Of a stretch of DNA of 59,653 nucleotides, positions 26,544 to 36,957 are shown piece by piece. How positions within the stretch are numbered: position 1 is the first letter of the stretch; the number at the start of each line of letters is the position of its first letter. Origin of the DNA: Bacteroidales bacterium. GTDB lineage: Bacteria > Bacteroidota > Bacteroidia > Bacteroidales > VadinHA17. The stretch spans positions 1 to 59,653 of the forward strand of contig DAONXX010000003.1 in the NCBI GenBank assembly GCA_035414025.1. Reading direction: 5' to 3'. The position numbers and the translations under genes were made by a program. The notes beneath the pieces were generated by a model. The model saw only the letters and a program-made list of their open reading frames with translations, ran no database searches and had not been told where the DNA came from.

Positions 26544-27521
26544 TTAATTCATTGCTTGTTGATATAATCTTCCCTGCCATGTATCAAGTTCTTCAAGTCG
26601 CTTTTCTATCATTATACCGACTTGTTCGGCTCTTATATTTCCCCAGGGAATATGAGCAAGAAATCGCGGTGGAGCCTCCCCGGTAAATCTTTCCACAACA
26701 ATTTTCGGATTCAGCAATTCGAGGAATTCAATAATAAAACTGATGTAATCCTTCAATGAGAACAAAATAAAATCATCCGGGTTCTCGATGAATTCCGATT
26801 CCATAACAGTATCTTTCATTATCTGCAACTGATGGAATTTAACTGTAGTCAAGGGAATCTCAGATAAGATCCCTGCTTCGGCAAGCATTTCAGTGCGTGA
26901 TTCTCCGGGCAGTCCAAAAATCAGATGCGCACCTGTTTTAATTCCTGCTCCTGCAGTTTTTCCAATAATATCAACTGCATTTTCAAATGTATGGCAGCGG
27001 TTTATTCTCTTCAGTGTCTTATTGTAACATGATTCTATACCATATTCGACAACTATATGATAATTCCGTGACAGATCTTTCAGGTAATCAAGTTTGATCT
27101 CATCCATACAATCAGGTCTGGTTCCGATAACAAGACCTATCACACCGGGATAATTCAAAGCTTCCTCATATTTCTCCTTAAGTGTTGTAAGTGGAGCATA
27201 AGTATTGGAAAATGCCTGGAAATAAGCAAGGTATGAACAAGCCTTTCGGTATCGCCACTTATGAAAATCAATTCCTTCCCTTATTTGTTCGGTAATTGAT
27301 TTTTCAGGTTTACAGTATCCCGGATTAAAAGCATCATTATTGCAATATGTACATCCGCCAGTACCTTTGGTCCCATCACGGTTTGGACACGTAAAACCTG
27401 CATCGATTGATAATTTCTGTATCCTTGATCCGAACAGTCTCCTAAAATACTCAGAACAGGCATTGAACCTTCTTGAGTGCCCCCATTGATATACCTGAGT
27501 AATATTTGAAGCAGATGACAT
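26544..27521 (-). CDS. Radical SAM protein, TIGR01212 (YhcC-like) family
   Basis: 325-aa ORF with the Cys motif FTCPNRDGTKGTGGCTYCNN. Its ATG overlaps the AddA-like stop (TAATG) and its stop lies 1 nt before the AddB-like ATG. Confidence 0.75.
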   Translation of the reverse strand: MSSASNITQVYQWGHSRRFNACSEYFRRLFGSRIQKLSIDAGFTCPNRDGTKGTGGCTYCNNDAFNPGYCKPEKSITEQIREGIDFHKWRYRKACSYLAYFQAFSNTYAPLTTLKEKYEEALNYPGVIGLVIGTRPDCMDEIKLDYLKDLSRNYHIVVEYGIESCYNKTLKRINRCHTFENAVDIIGKTAGAGIKTGAHLIFGLPGESRTEMLAEAGILSEIPLTTVKFHQLQIMKDTVMESEFIENPDDFILFSLKDYISFIIEFLELLNPKIVVERFTGEAPPRFLAHIPWGNIRAEQVGIMIEKRLEELDTWQGRLYQQAMN

Positions 27522-30500
27522 TATACAGTAATTATTTTATTCTGATCGGGGTACCATATATAGGAATCTATATTATCATATCCCATTTTCATTAGCAGAT
27601 CTCTGTATTCCCTGAGCTGAGTCAAGTAATATGAATTTTCTTCTCCAAACTTAAAATCGATAAGGATAGTCCTGCCGTTTTTTAGGATGATCCTGTCAGG
27701 CCTCCTGCTCCTACCTGAAGGCAGAAGTATTTCAGCTTCTCTCATTACCTGATTTCCCGGCTCAAACCACTCTGAAACAAGCGGAATAGACATAAGGGAT
27801 AATATCTTTTCTTCAAACATTGCAGATTCTGATGCAGAAATTTTACCTTCAAGAACCATATTTCTGATAACCAATGGAATATCTGCCTTATTGTCAATGC
27901 CCTCAAAAACCTCATGCATCAGTTTACCATAATTTATTCTCTGCCTGATCTCTTCCCTGATGAAAAAGAAATAGTTTTCTCCGTGCAACTTAAGCTTTAG
28001 CGAATCAGGTTTCCTGCTGACCTTGTAATTATTCAATATTATTTCATTTTTTACTCTTGTCTGTCCGCTTCTGAAGGGTATATTCCCAAGTTCAAATACA
28101 AGTTTTTCCTTGTCATAAAAATCCCTGAGTATAATTCCTTTTTCTCCTGCCGGATTCTCATCACTTGTTACAGCATTCCTGACAATATCGGCAATGGTTG
28201 TTTGTGATCTTTGCTGCTTACCTGGCAGAAATCCGTAAATAGCATCAGTTGCCCTCGTCATTGCTACATACAAAAGATTCAGGTTATCAAGGTAAGATGA
28301 GCTTTTTTCCCAATAAAAATCTTCAGCAAAATAAGTATCGGCAAGAGCTCTTGAGTATCTGACCGGAACCAGTCCCAGATCATTGAATGGCTGCGTTTCT
28401 GGTCTTATCCACAAAACAGGTTGTTTAAAGCCGCTATGATCAAGTTCCCAGGATAAAAATGGAAGAATTACAATTTTAAACTCCAGACCTTTTGATTTAT
28501 GTATTGTGAATACACTTGCGGCATTTTGGTTATCTGGCAATGTTACCGATTTTGAGCTTCCTGTTACCTCCCACCATTCCAGAAATGAGTCAAAATCAGT
28601 TGTTTTGCTTTTTGGAAAATTGATTATCTGGTCCTGGAAAGTATTAAGATATGCAACATTAAATGTGCTTTCGCCAAGATCAAAATGCTGAATTATGTTT
28701 TCAACAGCTTCAAATAAAGTAACATATCGTGTTTTGTCAAGAAATTCCGCAGTTCCTTCAGGATAAGCGGCTGATTGCTCTTCTGTAAGATTTTCCCTGT
28801 ATAAGGGAACTGAGTCAGCATTTTTTTCAGCTTTTGCAAGCATAAAGAACCTTAACATCTCAGCCTTTGCAAGCATGTTATCAGGTTCGCTCAACACCTT
28901 AATTACAGCCACTATAAAATTTATTACATGGGAATTGGAAAGAGTAAGTGAATCATTAGATACAACATTATAATTGTATCTGGTCTTATTCTCAGGTGAA
29001 GCGTTGCCGGCGTATTCAACCATTCTTCTAACTACAGCTTCTCCTTCTTTCCGTTCCCTTACAAGAATGCCGATATCTGAGGCACTGTACCCATTCTGCT
29101 GAAATTTTTCTATTACTTCAGGCAACTTTTCCAGCACTATATCCTTGAATTTTAATTTCTTATTCTCTTCCTTTTCTGAATTATTACCATTGTAATACTC
29201 ATCATCTATAAATTCAAGTTTTACATAACCGCCACTTCCTTTACGGGGATCATCCTGAACAGCCTCAGCATAAAGGTCCGTAAAACTAAACTTAAGCTGA
29301 TCGGCAGGAAATGACTTCTGCATCTGGGCCGGTATAAGTGAAAACAGTGAATTGTTGAATCTGATTATCTCAGACCGGCTCCTCCAGTTTGTTGTAAGAG
29401 GCTTGCTGATAATTCTTTTCTGATCTGCACTTTCATCCTTCATCCTCCCAAGAATTTGCCAGTCACTGTTGCGCCACCTGTAAATAGACTGTTTAATGTC
29501 TCCAACAACAAGGTTGTCATTTCCTTCAGCCATACTATTTTCTATAAGCGGAGCAAAATTTCTCCACTGGAGGGTTGATGTATCCTGAAATTCATCAATC
29601 ATGTAGTTTTCGTAACGGTTTCCGATCTTCTCATATATAAAAGGAGCCTGATCCTCTCTTGTAATATGACTCAGCACCTCTCCTGCATCTGAAAGTATAA
29701 AGCTGTTTTCCGAGTTTGCTGTCAGACGAACTTCATTAAGTACATCCGAAAGAATGCCAAGGGTATAAATATTTGATTTTATGCTTTTGGCGGTAAGATA
29801 AATAGCCCTGTTATGATTATCGAATGCTATTGCAGCCTTCAAAGTTTCCTCAAGTCCATCTTTTATTGCATTCAGCAACTGAGGAGCAGGGGAGCCCGTT
29901 GACCACCTCGGCGGATCCTTAAGAATTTCAAGAACGGCACTTCCCGGAGGAGCAGCACTTCCGGCTTTAAGATTCCTTATATATGCAGGTATTCCCTTAC
30001 CCTTTTGAAAGAACATGTCATCAGTAAGAACATGCTCTGTAAATATTCTATCGCATTCCTTTCCAAAATCAATGAGACTTTGCTCAAAGTTTTCTATTAA
30101 GGATGAAAGATTTCTTATATATCCCAGAAGGTATTGTTTATTCCTGAGTTTGTCTATCTCAGCTTCCGAGAGTATTTTGAATTTCTCCCTGAAAAGTTCA
30201 TCTGATAATCTGATTATCCCATTCTTCAGGTTCCAGCTCCTCTCCTGGTCAAGATTCTCAATTACATAATCCTTGAGCCAGCTTTGCAATTCCTGATCAT
30301 CAGCAGATGAAGCTATCATGTTATCTACCGCCGTAGAAAGTATCATTGTGTGATCGAGTGCAATATTAAATCCGGAATGCAGTCCGACCTCCCGCGCAAA
30401 AGACCGGAGTATTTTCTGGAAAAAAGCATCAATAGTGCACACTGAGAATCTGGAGAAATCGTGTAGTATATTAAAGAGAATCTGCTCAGCTTCCTTTCTG

Positions 30501-30757
30501 ATAAGATCTTCATTTTTACCGGTTTCCTTCATCAGTTCCGCCAGGTATTCCGATCTCTTCCCGCTTGCAAGGGCATGAAGTTGATCAAGTATCCTGCCTT
30601 TCATCTCAGCTGTTGCCTTATTCGTAAAAGTAACTGCAAGGATCTTCCTGTAGTTATTCTTTGATCTGAAAAGATGTGAAAGATATATTCCGGCCAGCCT
30701 GAAAGTCTTTCCGGAACCTGCTGAAGCGCTATATATGGTAAGAGTACCTGTTCTCAT
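27521..30757 (-). CDS. AddA-like UvrD-family helicase with C-terminal PD-(D/E)XK nuclease
   Basis: 1078-aa ORF. Walker A SAGSGKTF, DEFQDT (motif II), VGDIKQSIYRWR, and C-terminal RPDRIIL...ILIDFKFG nuclease motif. Confidence 0.8.
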   Translation of the reverse strand: MRTGTLTIYSASAGSGKTFRLAGIYLSHLFRSKNNYRKILAVTFTNKATAEMKGRILDQLHALASGKRSEYLAELMKETGKNEDLIRKEAEQILFNILHDFSRFSVCTIDAFFQKILRSFAREVGLHSGFNIALDHTMILSTAVDNMIASSADDQELQSWLKDYVIENLDQERSWNLKNGIIRLSDELFREKFKILSEAEIDKLRNKQYLLGYIRNLSSLIENFEQSLIDFGKECDRIFTEHVLTDDMFFQKGKGIPAYIRNLKAGSAAPPGSAVLEILKDPPRWSTGSPAPQLLNAIKDGLEETLKAAIAFDNHNRAIYLTAKSIKSNIYTLGILSDVLNEVRLTANSENSFILSDAGEVLSHITREDQAPFIYEKIGNRYENYMIDEFQDTSTLQWRNFAPLIENSMAEGNDNLVVGDIKQSIYRWRNSDWQILGRMKDESADQKRIISKPLTTNWRSRSEIIRFNNSLFSLIPAQMQKSFPADQLKFSFTDLYAEAVQDDPRKGSGGYVKLEFIDDEYYNGNNSEKEENKKLKFKDIVLEKLPEVIEKFQQNGYSASDIGILVRERKEGEAVVRRMVEYAGNASPENKTRYNYNVVSNDSLTLSNSHVINFIVAVIKVLSEPDNMLAKAEMLRFFMLAKAEKNADSVPLYRENLTEEQSAAYPEGTAEFLDKTRYVTLFEAVENIIQHFDLGESTFNVAYLNTFQDQIINFPKSKTTDFDSFLEWWEVTGSSKSVTLPDNQNAASVFTIHKSKGLEFKIVILPFLSWELDHSGFKQPVLWIRPETQPFNDLGLVPVRYSRALADTYFAEDFYWEKSSSYLDNLNLLYVAMTRATDAIYGFLPGKQQRSQTTIADIVRNAVTSDENPAGEKGIILRDFYDKEKLVFELGNIPFRSGQTRVKNEIILNNYKVSRKPDSLKLKLHGENYFFFIREEIRQRINYGKLMHEVFEGIDNKADIPLVIRNMVLEGKISASESAMFEEKILSLMSIPLVSEWFEPGNQVMREAEILLPSGRSRRPDRIILKNGRTILIDFKFGEENSYYLTQLREYRDLLMKMGYDNIDSYIWYPDQNKIITV

Positions 30758-30783
30758 GCCGGACTAAAGTTAATGTTTTTCGA

Positions 30784-30791
30784 TATCTTTG
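30784..30791 (+). promoter_or_regulatory. Bacteroidota-type -7 promoter box (TATCTTTG) immediately upstream of mnmA
   Basis: Exact TAnnTTTG match ending 4 nt before the mnmA ATG, which implies a leaderless or near-leaderless mRNA. Confidence 0.35.
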
Positions 30792-30795
30792 CCCA

Positions 30796-31995
30796 ATGAA
30801 ACAGCGGGTTGTAATAGGACTATCAGGGGGAGTGGATTCAAGTGTCGCAGCATTTATCCTGAAAGAACAGGGCTATGATGTTGCAGGTCTTTTTATGAAG
30901 AACTGGCACGATACTACAGGATTGATCCAGAGCGAATGTCATTGGGAAGATGATCTCATGTTTGCTGAAATGGTGGCAAAAAAACTCGGTATACCATTTT
31001 ATCAGGTTGATCTTAGTGAACAGTATAGGGAGCGGGTTGTTGATTATATGTTTGCAGAGTATGAAAAGGGCAGGACACCAAATCCTGATGTGCTATGCAA
31101 TAAAGAGATCAAGTTTGACTGCTTTGCCCGGGAGGCAAGAAAACTAGGAGGAGACTTTGTTGCGACTGGTCACTATTGCAGAAAAGATAATATAGAAAAA
31201 GACGGAAAGACATTATACAGATTGCTTACAGGGATCGATGAAAATAAGGATCAGAGTTATTTCCTTTGTCAGATCAGTCAGGACCAGCTTGCCAATTCCC
31301 TGTTCCCAATCGGGAATCTTACAAAGCCTGAGGTGCGTGCAATAGCTGATAAAACCGGACTTGCTACTGCGCGCAGGAAAGATTCACAGGGGATATGTTT
31401 TATAGGGAAAATACACCTGCCCACATTTTTACAGCAAAAACTTAAGGTAAAAGAAGGAAAGATAATTGAAATACCCTCAGAGAGCAGTTTCAAAACTTGG
31501 GATGAAGGTTTTCCAGATGATAATATCTCAGAAAGCATACTGCTGGAAATGACTGATAACCATTATTTTGGAAATATCGATGGAAAGATTGCTGGAACAC
31601 ACAATGGTGTACATTTCTTCACAATAGGACAGCGAAAAGGCATCAATCTGGGAGGATATAAAGAGGCCCTTTTCGTGATTGGGATTGATATAGAAAGGAA
31701 TATACTATATGTAGGGGAAGGTCAATCGCATCCAGGACTATACAGGAAAGGATTGTTAATAAGAGGTGAAGAGATACACTGGATCAGGCCGGATTTTGAG
31801 ATGAAACCCGGTGACAGCCGTGAATATCTTGTCAGAATAAGATACAGACAGCCTTTGCAGAAAGCAAAGCTTTACAGGATCAGCCAGGGTATTGCAATAA
31901 TTTTCAATAAGGCCCAGAGAAGTATCTCTCCCGGGCAGTTTGCAGCGTGGTATGAAGGTGATGAAGTGATCGGATCAGGGGTCATAAGCCGATAG
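30796..31995 (+). CDS. mnmA: tRNA 2-thiouridine(34) synthase
   Basis: PP-loop motif GLSGGVDSSVAA plus the NPDVLCN and GHY motifs. Confidence 0.93.
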   Translation: MKQRVVIGLSGGVDSSVAAFILKEQGYDVAGLFMKNWHDTTGLIQSECHWEDDLMFAEMVAKKLGIPFYQVDLSEQYRERVVDYMFAEYEKGRTPNPDVLCNKEIKFDCFAREARKLGGDFVATGHYCRKDNIEKDGKTLYRLLTGIDENKDQSYFLCQISQDQLANSLFPIGNLTKPEVRAIADKTGLATARRKDSQGICFIGKIHLPTFLQQKLKVKEGKIIEIPSESSFKTWDEGFPDDNISESILLEMTDNHYFGNIDGKIAGTHNGVHFFTIGQRKGINLGGYKEALFVIGIDIERNILYVGEGQSHPGLYRKGLLIRGEEIHWIRPDFEMKPGDSREYLVRIRYRQPLQKAKLYRISQGIAIIFNKAQRSISPGQFAAWYEGDEVIGSGVISR

Positions 31996-32151
31996 AACGG
32001 TGCAATGACCCATGACGATGGCATAAGACCAGCACAATGCAGGGCAGATAGCAAGGGAGCTAATAGTTTATCTACGCTAATTGCAAGATTTACGGGAAAA
32101 ACCGGAAACCAGAGAAGGAGAAGAAGCTTGAACTACAGCAGGAGAAAAGAA

Positions 32152-33291
32152 TTATGACAATCGGTTCTTGTAATCCTTATAACCGAATTTCTTTATTAGC
32201 CTGAATTTGTTGTCAGATGTCCACATGCCTATTGATGGATGACTGACTCCGTTAAACATTGTTGTCTTGACCATTGTATAGTGTATCATATCAAGAAAGA
32301 CTATCCTGTCTCCCGGCACCAGTTCATGATCAAAGGCCCAGTCTCCCATAAAATCACCGGAAAGACAGGAGTTTCCTCCCAGCCTGTAAACCGGTTTACC
32401 TTTAACCGGATCAGTAGCATTTAATACTTTTGGCTTGTAGGGCATTTCAAGACAATCGGGCATGTGAGCAGTGAAGGAAACATCAAGGATGGCTGTGCTG
32501 ACACCATCGTTAACAATTATATCTTCAACAGTTGAAACAAGTTCACCTGTTTCCCAGGCAAAAGCGCTTCCCGGTTCAAGGATAACATGCAAATTTGTTC
32601 TCTTTTTAAAATCCCTCAAAAGATTGATAAGGTGTTCAGTATCATAATCTTTTCCGGTTATAAGATGACCTCCGCCCATATTGATCCACTTAAGCCTGGG
32701 AAAAAGATGACCGAAATCAGATTCAACAACCTGAAGGATCTTTTCAAGAGCATACGAGTCAGATTCAAACAAAACATGAAAATGAAGACCTTCAATCCCT
32801 TCTGGTAATCCTTTCTTAAGATCCTCGGCCGTTATGCCCAGTCTCGATCCGGGAGAACATGGATTATAAAGACTTTGACTTATCTCAGAGAACTGGGGGT
32901 TGATCCTTAATCCAGACGATATTTTCCTTCCTGCACGTTTTAAGATGTCAAAATATTTTTCATACTGATAAAGGGAATTAAAGGTAATATGAGAACTGTA
33001 CTTCATTACAGCACTGAACTCGTCTTCCTTAAATACGGGTGAATATGTATGAGCAAGTGATCCGATTTCTTCAAAACAAAGCCGGGCCTCATTCACGGAA
33101 CTGGCTGAAGCACCGGAGAAGTATTCCCTGAATATGTCAAACACCCCCCACATTGCAAATCCCTTGAATGCCAGAATAATCTCAATCCCGGCATCATCGG
33201 CTGTTTTACGTATCTTTTCAAGGTTCTTCCTGAATCTGGCTTCATCAATCACATAACAGGGAGAAGGCAGTGTGTCGTATTTTATGCTCAA
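32152..33291 (-). CDS. nspC: Carboxynorspermidine decarboxylase
   Basis: 379-aa ORF with N-terminus LPSPCYVIDEARFRKNL. PLP-dependent decarboxylase fold. Adjacent to a carboxynorspermidine dehydrogenase-type gene. Confidence 0.8.
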   Translation of the reverse strand: MSIKYDTLPSPCYVIDEARFRKNLEKIRKTADDAGIEIILAFKGFAMWGVFDIFREYFSGASASSVNEARLCFEEIGSLAHTYSPVFKEDEFSAVMKYSSHITFNSLYQYEKYFDILKRAGRKISSGLRINPQFSEISQSLYNPCSPGSRLGITAEDLKKGLPEGIEGLHFHVLFESDSYALEKILQVVESDFGHLFPRLKWINMGGGHLITGKDYDTEHLINLLRDFKKRTNLHVILEPGSAFAWETGELVSTVEDIIVNDGVSTAILDVSFTAHMPDCLEMPYKPKVLNATDPVKGKPVYRLGGNSCLSGDFMGDWAFDHELVPGDRIVFLDMIHYTMVKTTMFNGVSHPSIGMWTSDNKFRLIKKFGYKDYKNRLS

Positions 33292-33382
33292 TTTAGTCTG
33301 GATATACAGGTTATAATTGAATCATGTGCAAGTGGGTATTTACATGTGTCGAACCACTATACCATTTTAAGCTTTACACCTT

Positions 33383-34576
33383 TCAAAGTTCCAGGTCAAC
33401 ATCATGCAGTTCTACCCAGGGCAAGCCTAACAGATTGAGCTGTTCCATAAAAGGATCCGGATCAAACTCCTCAACATTGAACACTCCCGGCTTCTTCCAT
33501 ATACCTTTCAGGTACATCATAGCTCCTATACATGCCGGCACTCCTGTTGTATAGCTTACAGCCTGAGTACCTGTCTCGGCATACGCTACCTCATGGCTGC
33601 AGTTATTATATATATAATATGTCTTTTCCTTTCCATTCTTCAGACCTCTTATTCTGCACCCGATCGAGGTCCAGCCCGTATAATTAGCTCCAAGGTCGCC
33701 CGGATCAGGAAGCACAGCCTTAAGGAACTTAATAGGCACTATCTCGTATCCATCGAACATAACCGGCTCAATACCAGCCATTCCGATATTCTGTATCACT
33801 CTCAGATGTGTAAGATACTCTTCACCGAATGTCATCCAGAACCTGGCACGTTTTATTGTCGGGAAGTTCTTAACAAGAGACTCAAGTTCTTCATGATAGA
33901 TCAGATATGATTCTCTTGGGCCAATTCCGGGATAATTCAGAGTTTTATGTATCTCATGAGGTTTTGTGTAAATCCATTTTCCGTTTTCCCAGTATTTCCC
34001 CTTTTGAGTCACTTCACGTATATTGATCTCAGGATTGAAATTAGTTGCAAATGGTTTTCCATGATCACCGGCATTACAATCGACAATATCAAGATAGTGA
34101 ATTTCATCAAAATGATGCTTGGCTGCATAGGCAGTAAATATCGATGTCACTCCCGGATCAAACCCGCAACCAAGTATAGCTGTAATACCGGCTTTCTCAT
34201 ATCTTTCCTTGTAAGCCCACTGCCAGCTGTATTCAAATTTTGCCTCATCCAGTGGCTCATAGTTTGCAGTATCAAGGTATGAAACGCCTGTTTCGAGACA
34301 GGCATCCATTATATTAAGATCCTGATAAGGCAGAGCAACATTCACAACGATATCCGGTTTAAACGATCGTATAAGCCTTACAAGTTCAGGTACATTATCA
34401 GCATCGATCTGAGCAGTCCTGACCCTGTCTTTCCCTGCTTTCATTGCTATTGAATCGCATTTTGATTTTGTCCTGCTTGCCAGCATTATCTCTTTGAAAA
34501 CCTCAGGCAATGAGGCCATTTTATGAATCACAACGGTTCCCACACCGCCAGCTCCGATTACCAGTACTCTTCCCAT
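33383..34576 (-). CDS. Saccharopine dehydrogenase family protein (carboxynorspermidine synthase/dehydrogenase type)
   Basis: 397-aa ORF with Rossmann motif VLVIGAGGVGTV. Its size and pairing with nspC are typical of the alternative spermidine pathway. Confidence 0.8.
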   Translation of the reverse strand: MGRVLVIGAGGVGTVVIHKMASLPEVFKEIMLASRTKSKCDSIAMKAGKDRVRTAQIDADNVPELVRLIRSFKPDIVVNVALPYQDLNIMDACLETGVSYLDTANYEPLDEAKFEYSWQWAYKERYEKAGITAILGCGFDPGVTSIFTAYAAKHHFDEIHYLDIVDCNAGDHGKPFATNFNPEINIREVTQKGKYWENGKWIYTKPHEIHKTLNYPGIGPRESYLIYHEELESLVKNFPTIKRARFWMTFGEEYLTHLRVIQNIGMAGIEPVMFDGYEIVPIKFLKAVLPDPGDLGANYTGWTSIGCRIRGLKNGKEKTYYIYNNCSHEVAYAETGTQAVSYTTGVPACIGAMMYLKGIWKKPGVFNVEEFDPDPFMEQLNLLGLPWVELHDVDLEL

Positions 34577-34742
34577 AATAGTGTTATAAAGCTTATTACG
34601 TTAAATTAATTAAAATTATGAACCAAGTTCGGATCAAGTTGATTTCTTCAAATATAATACATAAAAATGAGCTTCCAACTGATTTTTCTTATTCGCTGCT
34701 CTGCCAAATACTTTACAGACTGCAGGATTAAAGATTTTCTAA

Positions 34743-34750
34743 TATCTTTG
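34743..34750 (+). promoter_or_regulatory. Bacteroidota-type -7 promoter box (TATCTTTG) upstream of trkH
   Basis: Exact TAnnTTTG match 20 nt upstream of the ATG at 34770. Confidence 0.45.
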
Positions 34751-34769
34751 CATTTCCCAGGTTACAAGC

Positions 34770-36215
34770 ATGAGACTTATTAATCCACTGGTAATTCTGA
34801 GGATCATCAGCACAATCCTCTTCATAGTTGCACTATTATTTCTTTTATGCCTGCCCGTGGCATTTATTTATAATGAATCTCCTTTACCTTTTATCTGGCC
34901 CTCTCTTATCTCGGCCACTATGGCTACATTTCTGTTTGTAGTAACAAAAAATGCCAGTGTGAAAAAGATAACAAGCCGGGAAGGTTTCCTGTCTGTGTCC
35001 CTGTCATGGATGTTGCTGGCTACCATGGGAACCCTGCCATTCGTATTTAGCGGTTCTGTTAATTCATTCGTTGATGCTTTTTTTGAATCCGCATCAGGCT
35101 TCACAACTACAGGCTCCACAATATTTAATAATTTGGAGATACTACCACACACTATCCTGTTCTGGAGAAGCCTGACACACTGGGTAGGAGGACTGGGGAT
35201 AATAGTTTTTGTAATAATCATACTCCCTTCCCTCAAAATAACTGCACAGCAATTATTCAGTATGGAATCTTCCCTGAAAGAGAAAATAATGCCAAAGACA
35301 AAAGCAATAGGGCTTCGTCTTCTCTTTATATACCTGGGACTTACAATTATTCAAATTGTTTTGCTGAGCCTGGGTGACATGAATCTGTTCGACAGTATCT
35401 GCCATGCTTTTTCAACAGTTGCTACAGGAGGTTTTTCTACAAAAAACACCAGCTTATCAGCATTTTCAGCCTACTCACAATATATAGTTGCTTTATTCAT
35501 GTTCCTGTCAGGCGTAAGTTTTGTAATTTATTATTATCTGATCAAATTCAAATTCAGGAAAGTCCTTAATAATGAAGAATTGTGGTTTTATGCAGCTGTT
35601 ATTATCATTTCAGGTCTTATTGTTTCCGGAATTCTTTCAACAAAAACCTCTAAATCCCTGGAAACGGCTTTCAGACATGGTTTCTTTCAGGTTATATCAA
35701 TAATAACAACGACAGGATTCATAACAGACGATTATCTTTACTGGCCACATGCAGCCGGGATTATCATCTTTCTCCTTCTGTTTTCCGGAGCGAGCACCGG
35801 TTCTACAACAGGAGGAATAAAAATGGCAAGGCACCTGGTTTTGCTTAAAAATGTCAATGGAATTTTCAGAAAACTAATCCATCCGAATTCATTTAACCAG
35901 ATAAAACTGAACGGTAAACCCATCTCCGAAAAAACGAATATATCGATTATCTCATTCGTTATTCTTTATCTTTTTATTTTTATAGTAGGTACTATTCTGA
36001 TAACATTTGCAGGATCTGATCTGTTATCTTCAGCCAGTGCAACAATAGCCTCTCTCGGAAATACCGGTCCCGGCTTCGGTACGGTAGGCCCAATGTTCAA
36101 TTATTCCCACATGAATGGATTCAGCAAAATTACCTTAAGCTTCCTGATGATAATAGGAAGGCTTGAGATCACTACTCTTTTCATCCTGTTCGGAAGATCA
36201 TTCTGGAGCTTATAA
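34770..36215 (+). CDS. trkH: TrkH-family potassium uptake protein
   Basis: 481-aa polytopic membrane protein with repeated selectivity-filter-like motifs (TTTGST, ATGGFST, TTTGF, GSTTGGIK). Confidence 0.88.
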   Translation: MRLINPLVILRIISTILFIVALLFLLCLPVAFIYNESPLPFIWPSLISATMATFLFVVTKNASVKKITSREGFLSVSLSWMLLATMGTLPFVFSGSVNSFVDAFFESASGFTTTGSTIFNNLEILPHTILFWRSLTHWVGGLGIIVFVIIILPSLKITAQQLFSMESSLKEKIMPKTKAIGLRLLFIYLGLTIIQIVLLSLGDMNLFDSICHAFSTVATGGFSTKNTSLSAFSAYSQYIVALFMFLSGVSFVIYYYLIKFKFRKVLNNEELWFYAAVIIISGLIVSGILSTKTSKSLETAFRHGFFQVISIITTTGFITDDYLYWPHAAGIIIFLLLFSGASTGSTTGGIKMARHLVLLKNVNGIFRKLIHPNSFNQIKLNGKPISEKTNISIISFVILYLFIFIVGTILITFAGSDLLSSASATIASLGNTGPGFGTVGPMFNYSHMNGFSKITLSFLMIIGRLEITTLFILFGRSFWSL

Positions 36216-36230
36216 GAGGAAATTACCGGA

Positions 36231-36956
36231 TCAGTGAGGGAATGATGAAAAATGCTTTCTGACTTCTGCGAGAATTTCAGGAGTTCCAACATTTGCCCAG
36301 TAACCATTGTCATCACGGAATGTGAATATTTTATGATCAGCGGCAAGCTGAAGATAAAGTGATGTCATTGTGTAAATACCCTCAGTCATGTATCTGAAAA
36401 TTTCAGGCTCTATAATATGCATACTGGAGAAAGCTATTTCGATCAGGTTTTCATCAGCACTGCCGCTAATTATTCTCTCGCCGGTTGATTTGTTGCACCA
36501 GCCTTTCAATAATCCCTTTTCATCTACAAGTAAAAATCTAAGTCCCTCACGTTGCCGCACTGCAAGGGTGGCAAGACCTTTCTTCTGGTAATGATAATTG
36601 AGTAATAATTTCAGATCGAAGTCAGTTATAATGTCAGCGTTATAAAGCAAAAAGGGATCTGTGCCAAAAAAATGCCTTGCCTTGAATAATCCTCCGCCAG
36701 TCTCCAGAAGCTTCTCACGTTCATCGGAGACAGTAATTCTGAATCCGTCTTTTTTCATTCTTTCAATCTCATTCTCAACAAGATCTGCAAAATGATGCAC
36801 ATTTATTATTATATCATCAAATCCTGCAGAAGAACATTTTTCAACGGCTCTCCGGAGAAGACTCTTCCCATTAATGTCTAAAAGGACCTTGGGCATTTTT
36901 CGGGATAAATCTCCAAGCCTTGTACCTTTTCCTGCTGCCATTATCATTGCTTTCAT
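36231..36956 (-). CDS. murU: Sugar-1-phosphate nucleotidyltransferase (MurU-like MurNAc-1-P uridylyltransferase)
   Basis: 241-aa ORF with N-terminal AAGKGTRL motif. Starts 1 nt after the stop of the upstream kinase gene. Confidence 0.6.
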   Translation of the reverse strand: MKAMIMAAGKGTRLGDLSRKMPKVLLDINGKSLLRRAVEKCSSAGFDDIIINVHHFADLVENEIERMKKDGFRITVSDEREKLLETGGGLFKARHFFGTDPFLLYNADIITDFDLKLLLNYHYQKKGLATLAVRQREGLRFLLVDEKGLLKGWCNKSTGERIISGSADENLIEIAFSSMHIIEPEIFRYMTEGIYTMTSLYLQLAADHKIFTFRDDNGYWANVGTPEILAEVRKHFSSFPH

Positions 36957-36957
36957 A

